From assembly GCA_008632985.1 (NCBI GenBank), contig QPGO01000159.1, forward strand, positions 62,001-126,000: 64,000 bases of DNA. Direction: 5' to 3'. The notes under the pieces are model-generated. The model made no database searches, was not told the origin of the DNA, and saw nothing but the letters and a program-made list of their open reading frames with translations. Source of the DNA: Psammoneis japonica (lineage: Eukaryota). A program made the translations under genes and the position numbers. This document shows positions 23,356 through 35,268 of this stretch, piece by piece; position 1 is the stretch's first letter, and the number at the start of each line of letters is the position of its first letter.

Positions 23356-26030
23356 GCCTCCCTGGTCCACAGTCAGTGCTCAGCCTCCACTCAGGCACCA
23401 CAATTTCATGTCATTTTTGATGATTGGTTTGCTCCCCCATTGGTTCAAATCTAGATGAGTTGCCCACCACACATGCTGTGGAATGGCAGTCTCTCTCTGG
23501 AGACAATGCACACTGGTGCACTGTGGATGAGGAAGATTAAGTTGCTGCTGATGCTGAGCAAGAACATGATGAATGCCACTGTAGACTGTGCAAGGTTCAT
23601 GCCATCACTGAGTTGTGAATGCCTCCAGGTCCCTCCCTTCCTGGTGCAGCTCCCTTATCTCCTCCTGTGGTGTCACCGGTGCCTTCTGCTTTGTCTCCAC
23701 CCCATGTCAAGTGTTGTTCTGCTGGTCCGTCCATCCTGGGCTTGCCTCAGAGGGAGACGACTGCATGCCATCACCACCTGGTGTTGCCACCAGAGGTGCA
23801 CAAATTGTCTTGTCATCTGCACATGTGCACTGAGAGTGCCAATGCATGTGTGCAAATGACAACAGATGATTTGTGCACCTCTGGTTGCCACCTCCTGTTC
23901 TCAAGAATGGGAGCTTCCCACACCCCAGAAGCTGTCTCTGGCACTCAGCACTCAGTCAGAAGAGGGAGTTGCCTCCAGCACCTCAACAGAGGAAGCAAAC
24001 TCCTCCTGCCACTTGCGTCAGGTGCTCCACCCAAACTTGTGCCCCTCCCAAGGGTCATGGGCAAGATGGCTCCCAATGTGGCTGCTTGGCTCATTTTGTT
24101 GACCATCTTCATGCCATCAAGTTTAGCCACAGTTGTCCTGTCACCATGACTGCTCCTTTGGTCTACACGGCCACCTGGCACAAAGGCAAGGATCCTGAGC
24201 AACACCCTGTCTTGGGATGAAGCCATTTGCAGCCCTGAATGTGGAAAATGGTTAGAATCAGAAGAAATGGAAACCACCACCCTTGTTTGCCAAAGCAGTT
24301 GGACTGAAGTTCTTCCAACATCAACCACTGAATCTGGGATGCTTCCAGTGCTTGGATGTTTTGCTGCAAACTGTCTCCATCCAAGGAGATCAAGAAACAA
24401 CATGCAAGGCTTGCTGCTGTTGCTGCAGAGATTTGAAGGATGGTATTTTTAATGCTTTTCCTCTTCCTGTTGTGGCTTGGAGTGCAGCATGGTTGTTCCC
24501 TGCATTCAGTTTGATGATGGATTGGATGACCACATCTGCTGACTTCTAGTCTGCTTTTATGGAAGCCAATCTCCCACAAGATGACCCCATTTGGATTCAC
24601 TTGCCTCAAGGCTGCAGGCCCTCTCTTGGTCACAGGATTTGTCTGAAGCTCAACAAGAGGCTGCACAGACTCTCTTCTCTGCCCCCCAAAGTTGTGGCAT
24701 GAACACTATCTTTAAGCTTTTCTTGATCTAGTGCACTATGCTCGAAGTACGAGTATAAACGAAAGTAGAATCAAGTATGAAAAGTGAAAATTATGAGATT
24801 AGATTTTACTCTGTGATTTTTGGTTTCTCCGAACGAGTTCTCAATGGCCTAAAGCTTCTGTACTGCTTCTACAGACAAAAGGCCTTTCGGAGAATATATT
24901 CGTGACAACAGATTGTCCGGATACGATTGCCATTGACACGTAAGATGTCAACATCGTCAATCGATCGTATTTGTAATTTTCGACATCCGATCAACTCTGT
25001 GTGATCGTTCTGTCCTTTGTACGCATCCACGACTGTGGTACGATTGACCTATAAATAATATATAATTATAAATATGTATATAACAGTCGCATACTGCACT
25101 AGAGGGTTCATCCAGAGCAAGTTTGATCTGTGTTTCCTGCTCTGCCATGACTGTGTGGTCTGTCTGCACATTGAGGATTGCAGGATCAGCACAGCACATG
25201 AGTCTACAATCAATCAATGGAGCTGTTGAACTGTTGCAGTCTGGGTTGATTGACAAGTTGATTGACAAGATTTTGGATGCTGCCAGCAGCGTGCAGGACT
25301 GAAAACCCAATTTGTTCTACCAGTGGCAACTCAAGCTCTTGGCAGCAACCCTGATGGTGAACCAATGGACAAGACTTGGAGCTGCCCCTCTGTTGTGGAC
25401 ATGCTCTCATGTTTATCTTCTGGCAATTGTCCTGACATTGCTTTGACCACAAGTCAAGTTTCCCCCACTTTAATTTAGCTCCCAAGCAGTCTCATGTGCT
25501 GCCGCAGTCAAAATACTTTTGTTCAGCTCCTCAGGAACACTCACTGAGAAGGAATGCACTTGTTTCCCACAGGTGCTTTGGCTCTTGATCTGTGGGTTGA
25601 TGCCAACTTTGCTGCTGGTCTCTTTTGCTGATGGCCAGATTCTGACCCAAATGCAGTTTGATCCCACACTGGCCACCTGATCACCCTCAACACTTGTCCT
25701 TTGGTCTGGAAAATCTCAGCTCCAGACTGCTCTCTCCTTCTCCGCCCTTGAAGCTGAGCACCAAGCCACCTCTTGTGCCATCAGGACCCTCTTGCCCTTG
25801 AAGAGACTCAAAGCTCTTGACAGCAATGCCCACTGAGAAGGATTGCATTGTCAAGTCCTGAACCACCAACCAGTTGTGAAAGCCTGTGTCTGTTGCCAAT
25901 GTGATTAACAACTGACATTGCCACACACACCACAGCTGTGTTGGGGATGATGTGTGCAGCTTGCACAACATCAAGGGATGTTCTGGTTGGTTTGAAGCTC
26001 TCTAAACGAAGGTTCACAAGGCTTCACATC
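23356..26030 (+). pseudogene. Heavily decayed Copia pol remnant (starts near 18086, interrupted by the ISL2EU element and a solo LTR); right boundary approximate
   Basis: PQFHVIFDDWF, WVDANFAAG and LEAEHQA motifs; almost no CpG. Confidence 0.7.
24732..25098 (-). repeat. Solo LTR of Gypsy family B (367 bp)
   Basis: TGCACTATGC...GCATACTGCA; 4-bp TSD CTAG; near-identical to LTRs at 50369, 58745 and 63311. Confidence 0.92.
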
Positions 26031-27271
26031 CACACAATTGGTTGCTGTGCCAGCAGAACTCAGGAGATTCTGAAGCTTCTGTTGACTAGAAGGAACAAGA
26101 TTACAAGTTTCTTTGAGAAGGACAGCACACCAGGCAGATGACAAAAAGAAAGAAAGAATGAACAAACGAAAGTAGCACTAGAGCAGAAGATGCAACCACA
26201 GAAGGCTGCACTCAAGATCAATGAGGGATGAACAACACCCAACAAACATTGTGGGCAAGGCATCAGTTGAAATCATCAATTCAGAAAAAATGGTTGATGG
26301 CACAAAGGGAAATGACTGGAGTGCACAGAAAGCTTTTCTTTCAAGGTCTCAGAGTGGCAAAAAATGCATGCATGGAAAACTTGAGCAAGGAGCGCCATCA
26401 TCCAAATTTTTGCCATTCACAAATGTCCAGCTGGTCATGAATCTCACCCATGACAATTTGGGGCCATTGTGTCACCATCTGTTGTGAAGTGATCTGAGAT
26501 GTGTCATCTGGTGGCGAACATTGGGAAAGTGGGCCACTTGGAATGCTCTTCTTGCAAAAGCACGTTTGTTCCCACACACCAGTGTGCAGAGTGACACACC
26601 GCTCTCCATGAGGACAGGGATGTGTGCACTTTTTTCCAGCACCACATGTTGTAAAACATGACAAGTGAGATAAACAGCAAGGGATGTGTGAGAAACAAGA
26701 AGACTCTCACAATCACACTGGTGGGTGTTTGCTTGGTGCTGCATCAGAGACTGTGTGAGATGTTTCTATGTGTTTGTTGCTTGCTGTGGCACTGACAACT
26801 CCTAAGTTTGACAGGTGCACAAGGACAGGATGTGTGAGAAACAATGCTCTCATGATCACACTGGTGGGGATTTTCTTGGTGCTGGGCCTGCATCAGTGAC
26901 AAGACGTTGGATGCCGTTCAACAACAAGATCTCGGATCTTTCGAAGGAAGCACGAGGGCCACTTGGTAGTTTGACAAAAAAAGTTTCTGCAGGCGAATAG
27001 CTAATGTGGCACAGTGGCGCGGTCTGCGATGAATGATAACTTTTCTGGAAAGATGAAAGGCAATAATAAAAATGGTCGCTGCAGGTTGCCTTACAACGCT
27101 ATGAACACGACAGGAGATGTGGAAGCCCACTACATGCGATGGACTGTTGCCAATATATGACAAAACGTTTATACAGGACATTTAATTTTACCATCACTCC
27201 GCAACAATGCTGTGCCTTCCAGAGAAAACATAAGTGCCGGGTACGTATAGATGGGAACTTCAGTTCAGCAA

Positions 27272-28267
27272 CTACACACTCAGACTTTCATTGAGCTTTT
27301 CTGCGACAGCTAGCTGTGTCCTCGTGATGTTTGATAAATATGACACCATCAACAAATCTTGGAGCGAATCATTAAACAGACGATCAAACACTTCCGGACG
27401 AATTCGCGGCACTACAGCCAGAGCATCAGCAAGTTTCCTCCCAATGCGAGAGTCGGGGGCGATATCTCCATCAACAACACCAGTGACGTACTGAGAACAG
27501 GTTTCAAGGACACTGAGGAGTTGCTCCATCGCTTCATTCAGCTCAGAATTCGCATCGCTCCGAGGTAATGTCAAGTGCTCATCCCCTTCAGTCATTTGAT
27601 GAAGACATATGTTTTCGCTGTCGCTTGAATGTAGGGAGAGCTGTACTTCGTGGAAAAGGTTGGCAAGCGGTTCACCATGAACATGCACAGATGTACTCTT
27701 GTACGCCCGAATAGCAAGAGTATCCGACATCAATCGCGAGTCCACGACCAAGTGCACAGGGTCACCGTCGTCACATTCCCCAGAGTAGAAGTCATGTATC
27801 AAGGACGAAGTATCAATTATAAGGCCAGCGTCCTCACCTGCAGCCACCGAAGCATACCATCCCACGACGACCTCTTTTCTATTCGCTCGGAGATGCAGTG
27901 ACAGCATTTGCTTATTGAAATCCTTTCCAATCGCGACTTCGTCGCCACGTTCGGCATGAGGAACTGCGAAGCAATTCGTTATTTCTACCTGCGGTATCAG
28001 GGAGAGTTGAAACAAAATGCGTGAGAATACAGGGAAACTCTTCTAACCCGCCAACACCTAGGGAAGGGCTTAGCTTACCTTGTTCGAGTCACGTCTTCCC
28101 AAGAGTGTTCCAATCACTCTCCCTGCTCCCTCATGGCGACGCGTGTGATGATCAAGCACACTTAGGAGCACAAGAGGGTGCACGTTCACTTGCACTACGT
28201 CTTCATTTAGGTCTCTGTGGAGCAGAAGAGCGGGCGAAGGAACCATTGAATCCACCGAATTCTCCAT
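27272..28267 (-). CDS. EIF3F: Eukaryotic translation initiation factor 3 subunit F (MPN domain), 2 exons (28267-28079, 27988-27272), about 301 aa
   Basis: VHPLVLLSVLDHHTRR..RVIGTLLG, VEITNCFAVPH, EVVVGWYA, SSLIHDFY, LQDLLMVSYLSNITRTQL; 90-nt GTAAGC...CAG phase-0 intron 27989-28078; start codon uncertain. Confidence 0.9.
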
Positions 28268-28540
28268 GATATGGTGTTTGAGAATGAGGTGCCCTAAGGG
28301 GAGGAGATGCAATGCACATACCTACGGTACTGCGGTATGCAGTGTGGCCCTCTCTAGTAGAGGGCCCCACCGGTACGGTACGTACTGTATCTACAATAGC
28401 GTCCGCGATTGGCTGTTTGTGCTGTTTAAGTAAACCGGTAACGAGAAACGAAACGGTCCACGGTCAGTCACACGTAACTCTCTACTACTTTGACTAATAC
28501 CGGTACCGTACATATATATTGTAGCTCGCCAAGAACTTAA

Positions 28541-28933
28541 GGGGGGTCAGCCCCGCGTTTATCCTAAAATTACCGTTGCATTTGAATAAGGTTTTTTATA
28601 GTGTTTATTTTTGAATACAAGAATTATTCATAGTCACACCCGATCGCGCACGAAAACGAGAACCATCAGCACCGCGATCGAAGCACGACGATGATGACAA
28701 TCATCGATATTTCTCAAAAACGTAGTTTGCCGTCTACCAACTTTTCATGTATATACAATCTTTGATACATGTCAAACATAAAATAAATGAGAGTTGGTAG
28801 ACGGACCACCTCCGTCACAGACTTATGGCTTGTTGTTTTTACCACGGTGAAGCACGGTGAAATTCGGGAAAAATCATGCAAAATACGAGCTATTCGGCCG
28901 AATTCGAGCTAAAAAAGTAGCAACCGACCACCC
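28541..28933. mobile_element. Kolobok-like MITE (393 bp) upstream of eIF3f
   Basis: TTAA on both sides; short TIR GGGGGGTCAG / revcomp GGGTGGTCGG. Confidence 0.65.
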
Positions 28934-31599
28934 TTAAGGCAATTATTTTTCACCTGGTGTGGGCAAAGCGTTTTGATTAACTCGACTCGTCAACACACCA
29001 AAGTAACCCGGATGTTAAAGTGTTGGGAGGAACACACAAAACAGCATCAATGACCATGGGCGGAACCGGCAGTGGTGGCAGCAGAAAGGGCTCTGGCAGA
29101 AGAGCGGCCCACATCAAAGGACAAGGAAAATTCCATTTGGGGCCAAGTGTAATGCCACAGAAGAGCTGGCATGAAAGCCAAATGCCAGGCTGGTCTTGGC
29201 CATTGTGGAAGCACGCTCCAGACAAGAAAGCAAGCATCAGAAAAGCAGTCATGGCAGAGCAGCAAGTGGCCAGAGCAAGGGAAAGGCAAGAGGCTTTAGA
29301 GCAAGAATTGATGGACAAGCAAAACTCAGCAGGCCTTGGAAAATCTCAAAGCGGCAGCTGCAAAAGAGCACTTTGTGTGAGGTGGCCAAAAACAGAGAGG
29401 AAGGGCACAGTCAGGCAAAACAGGATGTTTCCAGAACAAGCAAGATGCAGAGAGAATTGCCAATCAAGGCAAAAAGCAAAAGCACATTCAAGCTTCAACA
29501 GCAGCAGTCTAAACAGGAGTGGCACAGTCGCAGCTCCTCGCAGCCGGCTCTGCAACAACAGTGGTCACAACAACAGAAGTCCAAATTGCACCAGCAGTCA
29601 CAATCATGGCAGTTGCAACATTCACAGTTTCCACAATGGTGGTTGCTGCAGTGGCAGTTGCAATGGCAGTGGCTGGCAGCGGCAGCAGCTCCGGTGCAGT
29701 CTGAGCAGCAGCAGCTGCAATGGCGCCAGTGGCAAACGGCAGCAGTTGCAACAGCAGTGGTTGAAATGGCAGCAGTCACAACAACAGGAATTTCAATGGC
29801 AGCAGTTGCTGTGGTGGCAGTCAAAATGGCAGTGGGACCAGCTTTTGAGGGCAGCGCAGCCCTGCTGTGGCTGAGATTTTGGGTCCACAGCATTGAAAGA
29901 CACTCCCTTCCTTGGAAGTGTCAATCAATGCCTTGCCAGAGAACAACCTCCCTTGGCTCCAAGCTGCCTGGGTGCCAGCAGCTGCAGCCAGCGAGCAACC
30001 CATGCAGTCACTCAAATGTTCAGAGACAAAAGCAACCTCATTTGCCAGCTGTTCCCAGACTTTTCCAAAAGTGGCAGATTGCAGATTGCCACAATGAATG
30101 CTCCGTGCCCTTGAGTTGCCCCTTGTCTCCACTTTTGACATGTTCCAGCCATGCACGAACCAGAGTGTGTGCACAAAAACGACATTTTTGTGTGAAAAGT
30201 CTTCATTGTCTGAATGACAGATTCTACACTCTTCAATCCGTCAAGAATGAACAAATTGAAATGTCACAGTTTTGAGAAAAGAGCCTGAACATCAGCAAAA
30301 ATCTCAGAAGGAATGTTTGTCCATTTCCAGGCTTTCTCTCTCACCTCTCTTTTCTCATGTGTGTGCACTTCTCCGAGTGCAACGAAGCATGTCATGTGTC
30401 AGCATTGTTGGTGGGAAAAGTTTGGTGGCAAAGCAACATCAGCTGTTGAAGTTGTGAGATTCCAGATTGCAGATGACAACAAAATCATAGAATGAGTTTT
30501 CGCCCATTTTTGGACTTTGCTTTGCCTGTCTCTTTTCATGGATGTGCTGCTTGTCAGAGCAAAATGTGGCATGCAATGCATTGGCATTGTTGGTGGGAAA
30601 AGGTTTGGTGGCACAATCTAGCATTGGCTGTTGCTGCCATCAAGTGGTCTTTTTCCTGTGTTGTTTTGAGCGAGAGCCTCACGTTTGTTCGTTTACGTTT
30701 CGCAGGTGCTTCAATCGTCTGGACGTTGTGCATCAGAATTTCACTATACTGACAACAATGACTCTTGTTAAGTAATTGATCGATAGTTGTTATGTAGTGT
30801 ATGATGCATCACGTTATGTAGCTTATAAACTCCCCATCGTTCAGTGAGGGTGCAAAACGCACGGGTGTCACACCCGGGCAGGCGTGACGCACGGATTCAA
30901 AAACAGGTGTTACACCCCAATTTATTTATGCATGACCAAAGGTCATGCATTTTTCGTCTGCCCGTGTGTCTTCGCTTTTACCCCCACAGCATGAAATTCT
31001 CAATCCGTGGCCATCGGAGTCACACAAATGCGCATCATCGACAATGACCCGCTCACTGTCGTCGCTGTTTGTGTGGTATGGCACTTTTATTGATCGGGTC
31101 GTCTCATTCATTGTCTAACAAACCTCGTGACATGTTGGTTGATTGCTGAGGTTGTTTGTGTAGCATTGCCGGTCACCGTTTGTAACAGGGTCGTTGATTG
31201 GTGATTTCATTTCTGTGTAGAATTTGTATGGGTTTCTACAGGGCGTCATTTTTGGTGTCAAGAGTACGCCTTCGATTTGAGTACCAAGTTTATTATGGAT
31301 GATCCAGATTGTGCAAATATAATATCTTCGTAATTATATGCGCTGATTCATGCCTTGGTTTTGTAGCATAGAGTAGTGTGGGAGCAACGCGAGCAGCTTT
31401 TATGGCCATGGCGTCGTCGTTGTTCGCGTCGAAAATTCGGTGAGGGTCATTCTCGTTTTTATGTAAGCTTTTCAGATCCTATTTATTTATTTTTCAATGC
31501 TCTTTAGGATCATGTATATATGTGCTTGCATCACATCTGTTGAATCCCGTATGCAACATTCAGCTCTGTAGTCTAGCAAGAGTCCCATTTGCGGGATAT

Positions 31600-31980
31600 T
31601 CTCGCAGGGGTTCCTGGGGGGATACAAAGTTCTCCATTGTGATTCCTGTGACGCCATTTCTCGCGATTGCGTTCCTGGGGGGCTACAAACTTTCTCACCG
31701 GGGTTTCTCGGGGATACAAATTTCACGCGGGGGTTCCTGGGGGGTTACAAAGTTTTCCATTGTGATTCCTGACGCTACAGAAGCTTCTCGCGATTGCGTT
31801 CCTGGGGGGCTACAAACTTTCTCGTGGGGGTTCCTCCGCGCGATTGCTTTCCTGGGGGACTGCAAACTTTTTGCGAGGTTCATGGGGGACTGCAAACTTT
31901 GTCGCTGTGGTTCTGCTGACCATTCAAACTGCCGCACTTGTTTCCCTTGCATTCCTGGGGGGCTGCAAACTTTGTCGCTG
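31600..31980 (+). repeat. Degenerate G-run minisatellite
   Basis: About 8 copies of GTTCCTGGGGGGNTRCAAAVTT with variable spacers. Confidence 0.85.
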
Positions 31981-32195
31981 GACTCCCTCACCATCCCTGC
32001 AGGGGCAAGTGCGGCTGCTGCTGGTGCGAACACGCTAGCATGCATGCACTGACAACAGTTGGTTTCTTTACACTCTCTTCAAACACGAGGATCATTAAAA
32101 CACTTATGCACCGCATACAAGGTCATGCACTTCAGCAGGAGATCCCATCCATGGGTACGGTACGGGTGTGAAGCACCGGGTGTTATGCCTGGTTT

Positions 32196-32730
32196 TTATC
32201 TGCGTAGAATAAGCCATGTGCACTGGTACAAAAATCACGTAGAAATTCTACGTAGAAAAAAATATAAAAATTAGGGTTTGGGCCGATTTTTTTCTCGTGC
32301 TTCTACCGTGCTTCTCTGCTCCACCGACGCCTCAAGGAATCGTTTTCCCCTGAAACCATTGACACTTTACATGATGACTTTTACATAAGTAACACGATTC
32401 TGTGCGTGAACACTTCAAAATTCCATTTTCAGAAATTCGATCACACTTCACCACGGTCTCACCACGGTAAACATTTTCCAATGATGGAACTTTGCCGAAC
32501 GGTGGACATCGTCGTGTTTGTCATCAAAAAAGTAAGTACGCAAAGTGTCAACCGTTATGACTGAAATCGATTCCTTGAGGTCGTGGCCAATTTTTCGCAA
32601 AGCACGGGAAAAAGCACGATGAACAAGATATTCTACGAGAATTTTCTACGTGAGTTTTGTACCAGAAATCGGCCCAAACCCTGTTTTTCGGGACTCATAA
32701 CCCCTGCACATGGCTTATTCAGCAGGATAA
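32196..32730. mobile_element. MITE-like inverted-repeat element
   Basis: Inverted blocks GAATAAGCCATGTGCA, CTGGTACAAAA..CACGTAGAAA and AGGGTTTGGGCCGATTT; exact ends and TSD unclear. Confidence 0.6.
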
Positions 32731-33079
32731 GTACTAAAAAGAGTTGACAAACAACAGCACTCACTCAACAGTCACCAACACTACGTTTGCGTCCAAGTTG
32801 ATGCCACAATACGATTCTCGCAGCATCTGTCAAGGCTAACATAAGTCCAATTACCTCAATATATCATAAGTCAAACATTCATGCCCACCGTTGACATGCC
32901 ACGGTTGCTTACAAGTCATTCTGGCGGTGCAGGTGCCGTTCACTTCAAATGCCGACGACCGCAAACACAATTCGACGGAGTCAGCACGATGTATCAGGTA
33001 CGTAATAATACGTCCATTCGCCGTGTACAGTATTTCTGTGCTTTCTAACAATGCTCCTTTTTCTCTTTTGCATATTTCA

Positions 33080-34270
33080 GGTGCTGAACAGTTCAAAACA
33101 ATTTGAAAAGTCTTTTGAAAGAATGCACGTGACGACGGCTGCGCTACTCTTCACGATGCTCTCCTGTCTCGTGCTCAATAAGTTCCGGCACAAGGTATGT
33201 GCGGCTGTTTGTTTTATTCTCTCCCTTCCCTTTATTTCTGTTGTTTCTGAGAGCTACTAGTTCTTTTCTTGCCTGGTTCAGGTGCTGCTCTATTCACCAT
33301 GTTAAATACAACAATCAAAAATGCTGGTTGTCGGGATGAACGTGACGACCGCAACGCTGCTTTGCGACACTCAAGGTATGTGCGGCTATTACTTTAATTC
33401 TATCTCTTCCCTCTCTTTTTTTTTTGCCTTTAAGACTTATCATTTCTCCTCTTGTATGGTTCAGGTGCTGTGCAATTCATCATGTTGAAATGCAACAATC
33501 AAAAATACTGGTGGTCCTACTTTGCAATGCTCAAGGTGCGTGCGGCTGTCACTTTAATTCTATCTATTCCCTTTATTTCTATAGCTTCCAAGACTTACCA
33601 TTTCTCCTCTTGCATGGTTCACGTGTTGTATAATTCATCATGTTGGAATGCAACAATCAAAGATACTGGTGGTCGTGATGGGCATGACGACGTCGACGCC
33701 ACTGAGCAATGCTCAAGGTACGAGCGGGCACAATTTTGATTCTCTCTATTCCCTTTATTTCTGTAGTGTTGCAGACTTACTGCTCCACCTCTTGGGAGTC
33801 ACTACTTCTCCTCTTGTGTGGTTGAAATGCAACAAATCAAAAATGCTGGTGGTTGGGATAGGGGCACGAGCGGACATTATTTTGATTCTCAGACTTACTG
33901 CTCCACCTCTTGAGAGTCAATGCTTCTCCTCTTGCATGGTTGACAACATGCAACAATCAAAACTGCTGGTGGTCGGGATGGGCGTGATGACGGGGACGCC
34001 ACTTTGCGATACTCAAGGCACGAGCGTACATTATTTTGATTCTCTCCGCTCCCTTTGTTTCTGTGGTGTTATTGACTTACTGCTTCACCTCTTGAGAGTC
34101 ACTAGGACCTCATTTCTCCTCTTTCACGGTTGACATGCAACAATCAAAATTGCTGGTGGTCGGGATTCGGGATCAACGTGACGACCGCAACACCTGCCTA
34201 CGATGCTCAGGGCTTGTGCGGCTGTTTTGCCGGTACTTTAATTCTCTCTAGTTCCTTCATTTCTGTGTTG
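33080..34270 (+). repeat. Tandem array of ~150-190-bp units resembling exon plus intron
   Basis: Recurring TGCAACAATCAAAA..CTGGTGGTCGGGATG..CTCAAG|GTAYG..pyrimidine tract..TTCAG|GTGCTG, about 6 units. Confidence 0.75.
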
Positions 34271-35268
34271 CTGTTATTTTATTGCTGCAAACAATTGTTT
34301 CATGGGCTGCAGTTGTTGAGCTGACAAATGTGGCATCTGTTCATCCGTTTCCAACTTTGTGTGGGCTCCCTCCAGAGTTCAGAGTTTTGCTTCCGCTTGT
34401 TTGCAAAAAGCACTTCATTTGTCCCATGTAAGACCAAAGAGCAGTTCGTCATGGTTGTCAAGAAAGTTCTTGTTGCCATGCTTCCCAGCACAATGAGAGC
34501 CAGCTCCACACAGAGGCTTGGTGGTGGTGTGGGTCCTGCCGGCAGGGTGGAGCAGTGACGCGATTTTTTGCCATTAGCCACGACTGTGTTGTTGTCACCA
34601 TCTCAATCCGTCAGGACCTGTGCCAACCTGTCTCTCTAATCATCCACACTGGAATCATCATGATCATGAATTTCATCGTGTTCTACATCACTGTCGCCGC
34701 CGTCTCCCTCTTCCTCGGCCTCCGCCATGTCCACCTGTACAAAATGTACTTCTGGCGGGTCGTCGCCACCCACACCAGCGACCGTGCACATCAGAGGCCC
34801 GAATTCATGAATCATTGTATGCTGGTGCCAGCATGGGAATGTTGTATCCTAAATTTGTGTTTTACCGCGAATCCGCTGATTTATGATAAATCGGCGTTAT
34901 TTATGGTTAATCACGCCGATTTACTGGTGTAATCGGCGTGATTTATAATAAATAAATGTCCATTTCCATCAACAAATGTCCGACAAAATCAATAAGTGTC
35001 CGTGGTAATAAATGAACAGTTCTTGTTTTTAATCTGTAATGTACGACGCAACAAAGTACGCTCACAAACCAGTCACTCTACTGTCAACAACATTGATTGT
35101 TGCTGTCTGCTAGGCAACGATCGAATCCAATGTACAGATTTGTTTTAAATCTCCCGTGTGTTTGCAAATAAGTGGAGTCACAGATTCCGTCTATTTGCTA
35201 CGTTTCTGTTGCCATGACTGATTTTCCATAAGTGCACATGAATCTCATTGCTGCTTAGTTACTCTTCA

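Noticed and set aside
29020..30275. Gln/Trp-rich or Ser/Cys-rich long ORFs as real proteins
   Set aside because: Low-complexity CAG/TGG-rich, CpG-stripped sequence open in several frames; most likely a decayed repeat
33080..34270. CRISPR array (also considered for 31600-31980)
   Set aside because: Whole units are homologous with no unique spacers, no cas genes, eukaryotic context
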